Assembly (NCBI GenBank): GCA_025937235.1
Contig: JAICRU010000002.1
Location: 6,304 to 70,303 of the forward strand
Direction: 5' to 3'
Length of the DNA stretch: 64,000 nt
DNA from: Acidimicrobiia bacterium
GTDB lineage: Bacteria; Actinomycetota; Acidimicrobiia; Spongiisociales; ZC4RG35
Both the position numbers and the translations under genes were made by a program. A model generated the notes under the pieces. That model was not told the DNA's origin, searched no databases, and saw only the letters and a list, made by a program, of their open reading frames with translations. Each line of letters opens with the position of its first letter. Position 1 is the stretch's first letter. Below, in pieces: positions 19,308-27,286 of this stretch.

Positions 19308-20654
19308 TCATGGTCTCAGAACGACGAAATCCTGGTCTTCGTATTCCTCCGACCAGCCGGTAGCCTCGAGCTCGTCGACCAGATCTTCGTCGGCCCTCAG
19401 GAGCACCTGTCCGATACCATCCCGCTCGAACACCGGCTCCCAGTCACGCTTCAGATCCCTGACCTCTACGTATTCGATCATCCGATCGCCATAGAGCTCG
19501 GCCCGATCGTCGATGTAGACCAATCGCTCCGGGCCCTCAGCCCAGATCAGATAGCCGCCTGCGCTGTCGTCGTGGAAGGTGGGCACATGGGCCAGCCACC
19601 CCGCGGCGGCGACCGGAAAGCGCTCCTCGTCGATCGACCCGTCGGAGATGATGAACCACGGTGTGACGAGCACAACGAGGCCAAAGACGGCTGCCGCGGG
19701 CGCAGAGAACCGTTTCCTGGCGCCGGCGGCCATGTCAGCGAGGGCGACACCCATCAGGGGCACAAGAGCGATCCACGCCGGCGGGACAGCCCGGGTCGCG
19801 GTCAAGGCAAGGAGCAGAAAGGGAACGAGGATGATCAGGTGACGAGGGGTGACTCGTTCTCGAACGGCGCCTATCACGATCAGGCCGATCCCGATCAGGA
19901 ACGGGGCGAAGACCACCGACAGGAGCTCAGGGCGTCTCCACTCGGAGAGAAGGGCCAGGGCAGGCCCGGCGTCGGAAAAATCGAGCAGGAACTCGAGAAC
20001 CCCCAACCCGTGCGCGGTGAGGAACGTGGCCAGCCCGGCGACGATCGCCGTCGGGAGCGACTTCCACTCCTTCTCGAGGAGGATGGTCAGACCCACATAG
20101 GCCAGCCCGATCACGAAGCTCCCATGAACGGAGGCCCAGATCCAGAAGAGAAAAGGGATGGTCCATCGGGTGACGGGTCGGTCCCACGCCACGACCACCA
20201 GAACGAAGAGGGCAAAGGAGAACAAGACCGGCCTGGGGACCAGGAAGGAGATCATCAGCAGCGTGGACAGGGCCACGATGATCGCCGTCGACCATTCGCT
20301 CCTCGACCGGCGGTAGGCGACCAGCCCGATCCCCAAGAATGTGATCGAGCTGAGCAGGAGCATCATCGGTGGCACGAAGCCGAGGCCCCAGTTGGACTCG
20401 CCCCAGGCATAGACGAGCTCGGCCAGCCAGCTCTGGGTCAGCCAGCGCTCCCCCAGCATGGTGAAGGAAAAGGGGTCGGCGGTGAGTACCTCTCCGGCGT
20501 TGGCCTGCAGCTCTCCTGCCCGGACATGCCACAGGAAAGAGTTGTCCCGGATCGGGGCCCAGGCATCGATCACCAAGGCCACAAACGGCACCAGGAGAGC
20601 CAGGTGCGCCAGAGAGAAGTGTCGCTGAGTCGGTCCCGGCGCCGCCAGCGCCAT
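19308..20654 (-). CDS. Uncharacterised polytopic membrane protein (about 10 TM plus a roughly 108-aa C-terminal soluble domain); last gene of the tad operon
   Basis: The start ATG overlaps the tadC stop as TGATG, so it is translationally coupled. There is a large first extracytoplasmic loop with conserved Asp residues and an acidic C-terminal domain. No A24 prepilin-peptidase motif (GGDVK) and no recognisable Tad family signature. Confidence 0.6.
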   Translation of the reverse strand: MALAAPGPTQRHFSLAHLALLVPFVALVIDAWAPIRDNSFLWHVRAGELQANAGEVLTADPFSFTMLGERWLTQSWLAELVYAWGESNWGLGFVPPMMLLLSSITFLGIGLVAYRRSRSEWSTAIIVALSTLLMISFLVPRPVLFSFALFVLVVVAWDRPVTRWTIPFLFWIWASVHGSFVIGLAYVGLTILLEKEWKSLPTAIVAGLATFLTAHGLGVLEFLLDFSDAGPALALLSEWRRPELLSVVFAPFLIGIGLIVIGAVRERVTPRHLIILVPFLLLALTATRAVPPAWIALVPLMGVALADMAAGARKRFSAPAAAVFGLVVLVTPWFIISDGSIDEERFPVAAAGWLAHVPTFHDDSAGGYLIWAEGPERLVYIDDRAELYGDRMIEYVEVRDLKRDWEPVFERDGIGQVLLRADEDLVDELEATGWSEEYEDQDFVVLRP

Positions 20655-21595
20655 CAGTTGTTGGCGAATGCGCCGCCGATCGAAATGGCGGCCGGGCCCA
20701 ACAACACGATGAAGAGGGCCGGGAAGATGCAGAACACCAGCGGGAAGACCAGCTTCACCGGCGCAGCGAACGCCTTCTCCTGGGCTCGCTGGCGACGCTT
20801 GACTCGCATCTCGTCGGCCTGCACCCGCAGCACCCGGGCGATCGTCACACCGAAGGCCTCGGCCTGGATCATGGCCAGGATGAAGGAGCGGAGCTCCTCG
20901 AGATCGGTGCGGTCCATCAGATGCCTCATGGCGTCGCGTCGGCTCACACCCACCCGGGTTTCTTGGAGCATCCGGAAGAACTCCTCCGAGAGCGGTCCAG
21001 GAACGGTGGCGACGACCCGTGACAGGGCGGCATCGAAACCGAGCCCGGCCTCGACCGAGATGACCAGCAGGTCGAGCACGTCGGGCAGGGCCCGCAGCAT
21101 TGTCTGACGCCGGTCATCGATCTTTCTTTGCAGCCATGCATCGGGACCGAAGAAGCCGAGCACGATCGGCATGCCGAATAGGAAGATCCGCTGCATGCTG
21201 TCACTGCCGAAGTCGGACAGGAAGAAAGCGGCGAACAGACCGGCCACCGTGGTCAGGAGCTTGATGACGATGAACGATGGGGCGTCGAGGTTGCCGGGGT
21301 TGCCCGCCAGCACCAGCTGATGCTGCTTCTTCTCCAGGTAACCCACCGGGGTGAACCGGCGCAGGAAACCAGAGAGCTTGAGCACCACGGGGCCGATCGT
21401 CCGTTGTGCCAGGGGCTTGGACAGCTCCTCGTCGCGGACCGAGCCGGAACTGGCCCGGCCGTAGACGGCGAGCCTGTTGTTCATGTCCTCCCGGGCCCTG
21501 GTGACACCGAGCCCGATCCAGACGATTACGAAGAAGACCAGAGCCGACACCGTGACCACGGCGAGCATCTGACCGTCGAGTGCTGTGATGTTCAT
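20654..21595 (-). CDS. tadC: Tad pilus assembly inner-membrane platform protein TadC (T2SS-F/GspF domain)
   Basis: 313 aa with a single GspF-type domain flanked by TM helices. Follows TadB and is coupled to it; the upstream stop overlaps this start as ATGA. Confidence 0.8.
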   Translation of the reverse strand: MNITALDGQMLAVVTVSALVFFVIVWIGLGVTRAREDMNNRLAVYGRASSGSVRDEELSKPLAQRTIGPVVLKLSGFLRRFTPVGYLEKKQHQLVLAGNPGNLDAPSFIVIKLLTTVAGLFAAFFLSDFGSDSMQRIFLFGMPIVLGFFGPDAWLQRKIDDRRQTMLRALPDVLDLLVISVEAGLGFDAALSRVVATVPGPLSEEFFRMLQETRVGVSRRDAMRHLMDRTDLEELRSFILAMIQAEAFGVTIARVLRVQADEMRVKRRQRAQEKAFAAPVKLVFPLVFCIFPALFIVLLGPAAISIGGAFANN

Positions 21596-21708
21596 ACTTC
21601 GATGTTCACGATCTTCCGGAGCCAGAAAATTCCACCGGCCATGAGGATGAGTCCTGCGACGATGGCGATCCGGCCCAACGTCGCGGCGAGCAGCGGCTGG
21701 AAGTATTA
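21592..21708 (-). other. In-frame continuation of the TadB domain after a TAA codon (final transmembrane helix of TadB)
   Basis: Immediately after the TAA at 21708..21706 the same frame reads YFQPLLAATLGRIAIVAGLILMAGGIFWLRKIVNIEV and ends with TGA overlapping the tadC ATG. This is the canonical TadB C-terminal helix. Confidence 0.6.
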
Positions 21709-23547
21709 ACGGTTGTTGAAGCAGAGGAAGGCACCCAAGGCGAATGGCAGAGAGCCGAGCACGATCGCCGAGATCCGGCCCTCGGCGGTGAGCGCCTTGA
21801 TCTCTCCCTTGAGCCGGTTGCGGGCCAGCATGGTGTCGGCCACCGTCTGCAGAACCTCGGCAAGGTTGCCCCCGACCTCACGCTGGATCTCGATTGCCAT
21901 CGTGGCCCACTCGAAGTCCTTCGAGTTCGTGCGTTCCACGATTCCCTGCAGCGCTTCTGGGACCGAGCGACCGAGTCGGGACTCGACGACGGCTCGGGAG
22001 AACTCCCGCGCTGTCGGATCCGGCGCTTCGGCAGCCACCGCTTCGATTGCCTGGAGCAGGGAGTAGCCGGCCCGGAGGGAGGTCGACAGCAGGGTGAGCG
22101 TGTCGGGCAGCTGCTTCTCGAACCTCTTCCGCTCTCGGTTGCCGGCCCACCTGACCAGGATCATGAACCCGAGGAGCATGATTCCGAAGGTGGCCAGGCC
22201 CCACAGCGGCGAGTTGAAGATGGCGACGAAGACACCGCCCACCGCGGCGAGCCCGATCATGGCCAGGATCGCCTCGCCGGGGGACATCGGCACGTTGGCC
22301 TGCTCCAGGGCGGCGTTCACTCCCGAGAGCATCCCGCGCCGGCGTACCTCTTCTTCGGCAGCCTGGCTGAAGCGGTTGATCAGAGGGATCCGCTGCAGAA
22401 GCGGCTTCTTTTCCTCCTCGCCCGTTCTGGACCGCCGCCCATAGGCCTGGAGCCGTTTGGCGAAGCGACCCCCTCCCTGCTCCTCTTCACGGCCGAAGAG
22501 GATGATGATGAAGAGGAAGGCGGTCAGACCGATCCCTGCCGCACCGATGAGGGCCAGGTTGGTGATGCTGAGGGGGGAGCTGCTCTCGACGACGCTTCCC
22601 GTCACAGGGACCGGGACGGTTGTCGTTGTCGGGGCCATCGTGGTGGTGGTCGCATACCCGCTCACTGGGAAGGCGACCGTCGAGGTCAGGCCGCCGGGGT
22701 AGGTGGCCGCGAACTCGGCTTCGCCGGGCGCGGCCACCGGGGAAACGAATCGGGCAACGAGGGTGTTGCTGATCTCACGGCTGATCTGGCCGTAGAGTCC
22801 GGAGAGCTGCGCCGGATCGGGAGTCGACAGGAACAGCCCGCCGCCCGCGGTGGCGAACGCCGACACCGCCTCGGGGTTGAAGTCGGGTGACTCCAGGGCC
22901 ACGCCGAACACACGGGCATCTCCGGCCTCGATCGCTGCGATCGCCGCGTCCGCCGTGGCGGCAGACGCGGTGTCCTCGCCGTCGCTGAGCACGATCATGT
23001 TGTTGAGCTGGGTCGGGGGAACGCCCTCGAACAGCGACATGCCGAGGATCACACCGTCGTTGAGGGCTGTCTCACCATCGGCGACGAGTGCATCGACCCG
23101 CTCGTGCAGCACCTCGGCATTGGTGGTGAACCCGGTCTGGACCACCGCGGTGTCGGCGAAGCTGACTATCGCGATCGAGTCCTCGGGGCGCTTCTGGTCG
23201 ATGAAGCTGTTGGCAGCCGTTTTGGCCGAGTCCATCGGCGCTCCGAGCATCGAGCCTGAGGTGTCGATCACCAGAACCACACCCACCGGGACGCTGGACT
23301 CGCCGAGCGGGGCCACCTCTAGATCCGAAACCGGTTGGCCGTCGACCGTGACCGCCAGCTGGGCCGGGTCCGGGGCCTCGGGAAGGTTCCGGAACTCGAC
23401 CACCATCTGGGTCTGGCCGCCTTCGGCATAGCGCGAGCCGTTGATATCCACGATCTCGATCTCGGGCGCAGTGGTCTGCGCGATCGCAGCGGTGCTCACC
23501 CCGAGCACGAGGGCGCCGACCAGGGCAGAGAGACGTCTCAAGCTCAT
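21706..23547 (-). CDS. tadB: Fusion protein: signal peptide, von Willebrand factor A domain, Thr/Pro-rich linker, TM, then a TadB (T2SS-F) platform domain. The TadB domain is truncated by an in-frame TAA.
   Basis: N-terminal signal peptide (LSALVGALVLGVSTAAIAQ). VWA MIDAS motif DxSxS (VIDTSGSM). Low-complexity TTTTMAPTTTTVPVPV linker, then a TM helix and a GspF-type domain. The start overlaps the tadA stop as ATGA. Confidence 0.7.
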   Translation of the reverse strand: MSLRRLSALVGALVLGVSTAAIAQTTAPEIEIVDINGSRYAEGGQTQMVVEFRNLPEAPDPAQLAVTVDGQPVSDLEVAPLGESSVPVGVVLVIDTSGSMLGAPMDSAKTAANSFIDQKRPEDSIAIVSFADTAVVQTGFTTNAEVLHERVDALVADGETALNDGVILGMSLFEGVPPTQLNNMIVLSDGEDTASAATADAAIAAIEAGDARVFGVALESPDFNPEAVSAFATAGGGLFLSTPDPAQLSGLYGQISREISNTLVARFVSPVAAPGEAEFAATYPGGLTSTVAFPVSGYATTTTMAPTTTTVPVPVTGSVVESSSPLSITNLALIGAAGIGLTAFLFIIILFGREEEQGGGRFAKRLQAYGRRSRTGEEEKKPLLQRIPLINRFSQAAEEEVRRRGMLSGVNAALEQANVPMSPGEAILAMIGLAAVGGVFVAIFNSPLWGLATFGIMLLGFMILVRWAGNRERKRFEKQLPDTLTLLSTSLRAGYSLLQAIEAVAAEAPDPTAREFSRAVVESRLGRSVPEALQGIVERTNSKDFEWATMAIEIQREVGGNLAEVLQTVADTMLARNRLKGEIKALTAEGRISAIVLGSLPFALGAFLCFNNR

Positions 23548-24902
23548 CGGCCCCTTGCGAATGGCTCGGGATCGAACAGGTCGGCGGGGAGCCGGATGCC
23601 CTGGTTCTCGAGATCTTGGGAGAAGGTCGGCCGGATCCCGGTCGCCTTCAAGCGGCCTTTGTAGACACCGTCCTCGTCGACCCCCATTCCGTAGTCGAAG
23701 AGGAAGATGTCCTGGAGGGTGATGATCTCCCCTTCCATGCCTTCGACCTCGGTGACATGAGTCACCCGGCGGGTGCCGTCCTTGAGACGGGACACGTGGA
23801 TGATCAGGTCGACTGCAGCCGCGATCTGCTCCCGGATGGCACGCACGGGGAGATCGAAGCCGGCCATCAGCACCATGGTCTCGATACGGGAAAGGGTGTC
23901 TCTCGGGCTGTTCGAGTGCACAGTCGTCAGGGAGCCGTCATGACCGGTGTTCATGGCCTGGAGCATGTCGAGGGCCTCGGCGCCTCGAACCTCACCGACC
24001 ACGATCCGGTCCGGACGCATACGCAGTGTGTTCCTGACCAGGTCACGGATGGTGACGGCGCCCTTGCCCTCGATGTTGGCCGGCCGTGACTCCAGCGTCA
24101 GGACGTGCTCCTGATGGAGCTGGAGCTCGGCGGCGTCTTCCACGGTCACGATTCGCTCGTCGCCGGGGATGTATGAGGACATCACGTTGAGGGTGGTGGT
24201 CTTACCGGAACCGGTACCGCCGGAGATCAGGACGTTGAGCCGGCCCCGGACACATGCTCTGGCGAAGTCGGCCACACGCTGGGTGATCGTGCCGAAGTTG
24301 ATCAGGTCCGCTTCCTGATAGGGATCCACCGCGAACTTTCGGATGGTTAGGAAAGGTCCGCCGATCGCCAGCGGGTGGATCACGGCATTGACACGAGACC
24401 CATCAGGGAGGCGGGCGTCCACCATCGGGGTCGCTTCGTCGACGCGACGACCGATCTGGCCGACGATCTTGTCGATGATGCGGCGGAGGTGGACCTCGTC
24501 GACGAACTTGACGTCGGACAGGACGATCTTGCCCCGCTTCTCGAAGTAGACGTCGTAGGGGCCGTTGGCCATGACTTCGGTCACGTCCGGGTCGTTGAGC
24601 AACGGGTCGATTGGCCCGTAGCCGAGCACATCCGAGGCGATCTCGTTGAGCAGGGCACGACGGTCGGCGGAGGTGAGGGGAAGACCCTGCTCCTGGTCGA
24701 CCGCCCATTCCAGCATCTCGAGGACGCGAAGACGGAGCTCGGCGTCCGACATCTGGCGGTCGTACAGGGTCGGGCCCAGCTCCTCGACCACCTTGAAGTG
24801 AAGACGTCCCCTGAGCTCGCTCAGGGCATCCGAGCGAGTGGAGCTGACCTCCTGGGTCTCTGTCTGCCTGGCGGCTGCGACTCTCTCTGAAAGCGATGGC
24901 AC
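23544..24902 (-). CDS. tadA: Tad pilus assembly ATPase TadA/CpaF (secretion NTPase family)
   Basis: Walker [16 protein letters not shown], Asp box, Walker B and His box ([14 protein letters not shown]), all typical of CpaF/TadA. Confidence 0.9.
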   Translation of the reverse strand: MPSLSERVAAARQTETQEVSSTRSDALSELRGRLHFKVVEELGPTLYDRQMSDAELRLRVLEMLEWAVDQEQGLPLTSADRRALLNEIASDVLGYGPIDPLLNDPDVTEVMANGPYDVYFEKRGKIVLSDVKFVDEVHLRRIIDKIVGQIGRRVDEATPMVDARLPDGSRVNAVIHPLAIGGPFLTIRKFAVDPYQEADLINFGTITQRVADFARACVRGRLNVLISGGTGSGKTTTLNVMSSYIPGDERIVTVEDAAELQLHQEHVLTLESRPANIEGKGAVTIRDLVRNTLRMRPDRIVVGEVRGAEALDMLQAMNTGHDGSLTTVHSNSPRDTLSRIETMVLMAGFDLPVRAIREQIAAAVDLIIHVSRLKDGTRRVTHVTEVEGMEGEIITLQDIFLFDYGMGVDEDGVYKGRLKATGIRPTFSQDLENQGIRLPADLFDPEPFARGR

Positions 24903-24918
24903 TGTTATTTACCTTCCA

Positions 24919-26103
24919 CTATTTGCGACCGAAGAGCCCGCCCCTGGACGTGCCTTCGGGAATCTTCCCGGCGATCAACTCGGCGACACTCTCGAAACCC
25001 TTGGCGATCTTCCCCCTGGGGTCTGTCTCGACGATGGGGCGTCCCTCGTTGACCGAGTTGGGGACGGCGGCATCGGAAGGGACCGAGGCCTTGATCTCCA
25101 TCTTGAGGGCGCTCTCGATCTCCTTGTTGTCCAGCTTCGCCTTCGAGTTGTTCCGATTCATGACGAGCTGGACGTTCTGGGTCGAGAACTTGAGCAGCCG
25201 CAGGGTCTCCAGGGCGAGCTTGGCGTTTTTGACCGAAGGGAGATCCATGTCCACCACCATGAGCACGTGGTCCGCCTTCTCGATGAGGGACAGGATCAAC
25301 TCGTCCAGCATCGAGGCCGTGTCGACCACGACGTAGTCGTAGCTCTCCTGGAGGATGTCGAGCATCTGCATCAGGCCTGCCGTGGTGATGTCGTCGGCGA
25401 AGGCCGGCTCGAGGGGAGCAGCCAGTACCTTCAGGCCGCTGGGGTGCTCCGTGAGCAGAGAGTCGAGCATCTCTCCATCCAGGTGATGGAGCTCATGGGC
25501 TGCGTTGACCATGGTGAACCTCGGCTCCAGTTGGAGGAGGAGGCAGACATCCCCGAACTGGAGGTCTGCGTCGACCAGCACCACTTTCTTGTCCGGGAAC
25601 CGGTTCAAGAGGAGGGCGACGTTGGTGGCGGTCACGGTCTTCCCGCTCCCGCCCTTGGCCGAGGTCACGGTCACGATCGCTCCCCGCTGCTCGGTGCGAA
25701 CGGGCTCGGCCGCCGGCTTGCCGGCGGTGCGCCGCTTCAGCACGTCGTGAGCGAACTGCTCGATCGCCGCCTCGATCTTCGACTCGTCGAGAGGGGCCTC
25801 GATGACATCGGAGACACCGGCTCGCATGGCACCACGGAGGAGATCGGCCGTGACCGTGTCGGCGACCATCATCAGGATCAGAGCCGGATCCTGGTTGTGC
25901 AGGTTCCGGATGTGCTCCAGCGACTCGTCGTTCGAGAACGAGGGGCCGAGCAGGAGCATCCTGAGGTCGCCTGACTCCGCGGTCTGACTCGCCTCCTCTA
26001 TGGAGCGAGCGACCGGGAGCCGGCCCTCGAAGAGCTCCTTGGCCGCGGAGACGAATTCATCGTCTTTGTCCACGACCAGCAGGTTGTGCTCAGCCATCGA
26101 CAT
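24919..26103 (-). CDS. tadZ: TadZ/CpaE: atypical receiver-like N-domain fused to a ParA/MinD-type ATPase
   Basis: Deviant Walker A (TSAKGGSGKTVTATNVA) and an N-terminal CheY-like ARD domain. Confidence 0.8.
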   Translation of the reverse strand: MSMAEHNLLVVDKDDEFVSAAKELFEGRLPVARSIEEASQTAESGDLRMLLLGPSFSNDESLEHIRNLHNQDPALILMMVADTVTADLLRGAMRAGVSDVIEAPLDESKIEAAIEQFAHDVLKRRTAGKPAAEPVRTEQRGAIVTVTSAKGGSGKTVTATNVALLLNRFPDKKVVLVDADLQFGDVCLLLQLEPRFTMVNAAHELHHLDGEMLDSLLTEHPSGLKVLAAPLEPAFADDITTAGLMQMLDILQESYDYVVVDTASMLDELILSLIEKADHVLMVVDMDLPSVKNAKLALETLRLLKFSTQNVQLVMNRNNSKAKLDNKEIESALKMEIKASVPSDAAVPNSVNEGRPIVETDPRGKIAKGFESVAELIAGKIPEGTSRGGLFGRK

Positions 26104-26116
26104 GGTCGAACCTCAA

Positions 26117-27040
26117 TCAGCTTCCAAATATGTCGTCCAGCAGATTCCCGCCGAACAGGTTGAGTGTGGTCACACCGGTGGTCTCCACCTCGACGAAGTC
26201 GCCGGGGACCAGGGTCAGCCAGATCGAGCCGTTCTCGGATGCGTAGGCAATCCGCTCGGCCTGCTCAGGTGTGACCTCGAGAGTGAACGTGGTGTCGTTA
26301 CCGGTGTCTTCCTCGACGGGCTCACCCTCGGGGGTGGTGTCGCCGGTCGTTGCCGGATCGGCCTCCACCGTGTCGGGGGCGTCCTGATCGGGCCTGATGT
26401 CACGCCCGGTGGCCATCACCGGCAGCCCCTGCAGAACGAAACGGGTGTAGGTCACCACCGCGATGGTCTCCTCGCTGGGAGGCTGGCCTTCGACCGGAGC
26501 AGCCGGCTGCTCGGCGATGCCGCTCAGCTCCTCGGGGAGCAGGTCCTCGGGGATGTCGATGGTGATGATCATATTGACCCTGTCGCCTGGCTCTACGAAC
26601 CCGTTGATGCCCCTGATGTTGTCGGTGGAGATGGTCATGGCCTGCTTGCCGGAGGGAATCTCCTCGGCGAGAGGGATCACGTCGACCGTGATGGAAGTCC
26701 ACTGTGACTCGGTCAGGATCGACCCGGCCGCGATCGGGCCCGCTGCGACGCGATCGGCGAGCACCTGGTTCAACTGCTCAGCGGAGGTGATGGCGCCGAC
26801 CGGCACATCCTCGGCCTGGTCTTCGCTCAGGGCGATCTGCGTCCCGCCGCTGTTGAAGTCCGAGAGGAGGATGGCCCCGTCCGTGCCCTCGGGGATGGCC
26901 TCCCCGGCGCGGTAGACCTCGACGATCTCCTGGCCTTCGGTTATCTCGTTCTCGACGTTCTGGAGATAGTTCCAGACAGCCCATGCGGCGAGCCCGGCCA
27001 GTATCAAGGCCACTAACAAGACGATGGCTCTCCTACCCAT
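26117..27040 (-). CDS. cpaB: Flp pilus assembly protein CpaB/RcpC (SAF + RcpC domains)
   Basis: N-terminal TM anchor (MGRRAIVLLVALILAGLAAWAV) followed by SAF and RcpC-like domains and an acidic Thr-rich tail. Start at ATG 27040 is preceded by GAAGGGGA. The ORF-track start at 27091 lacks an RBS. Confidence 0.75.
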   Translation of the reverse strand: MGRRAIVLLVALILAGLAAWAVWNYLQNVENEITEGQEIVEVYRAGEAIPEGTDGAILLSDFNSGGTQIALSEDQAEDVPVGAITSAEQLNQVLADRVAAGPIAAGSILTESQWTSITVDVIPLAEEIPSGKQAMTISTDNIRGINGFVEPGDRVNMIITIDIPEDLLPEELSGIAEQPAAPVEGQPPSEETIAVVTYTRFVLQGLPVMATGRDIRPDQDAPDTVEADPATTGDTTPEGEPVEEDTGNDTTFTLEVTPEQAERIAYASENGSIWLTLVPGDFVEVETTGVTTLNLFGGNLLDDIFGS

Positions 27041-27262
27041 TGAGTCCCCTTCGTATTTCCCCTGGGAAGGCGTTCCACCCGATGTCGGCACATGCCCGAC
27101 GACATGCTACCGATGGGCAGGCGCCATTCCGGTGCTTCGAGTCCGATTCCACAGGGATTGTTCGGACCGTATGAGACCAGTCTTGAGGGTTTCGCGGCAC
27201 ATTCCATAGTTCGGTCGCCCCATATGCGCGACGTCCGACGGCCGGCTGATCTCGGGTAGGTG

Positions 27263-27286
27263 TAAGTGACCCCTCGGTCACTTACG
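27263..27286 (-). terminator. Perfect 10-bp hairpin overlapping the rpsA stop codon
   Basis: GTAAGTGACC-cctc-GGTCACTTAC, a perfect inverted repeat. The rpsA TGA lies within the downstream arm. It separates rpsA from the tad promoter region. Confidence 0.45.
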
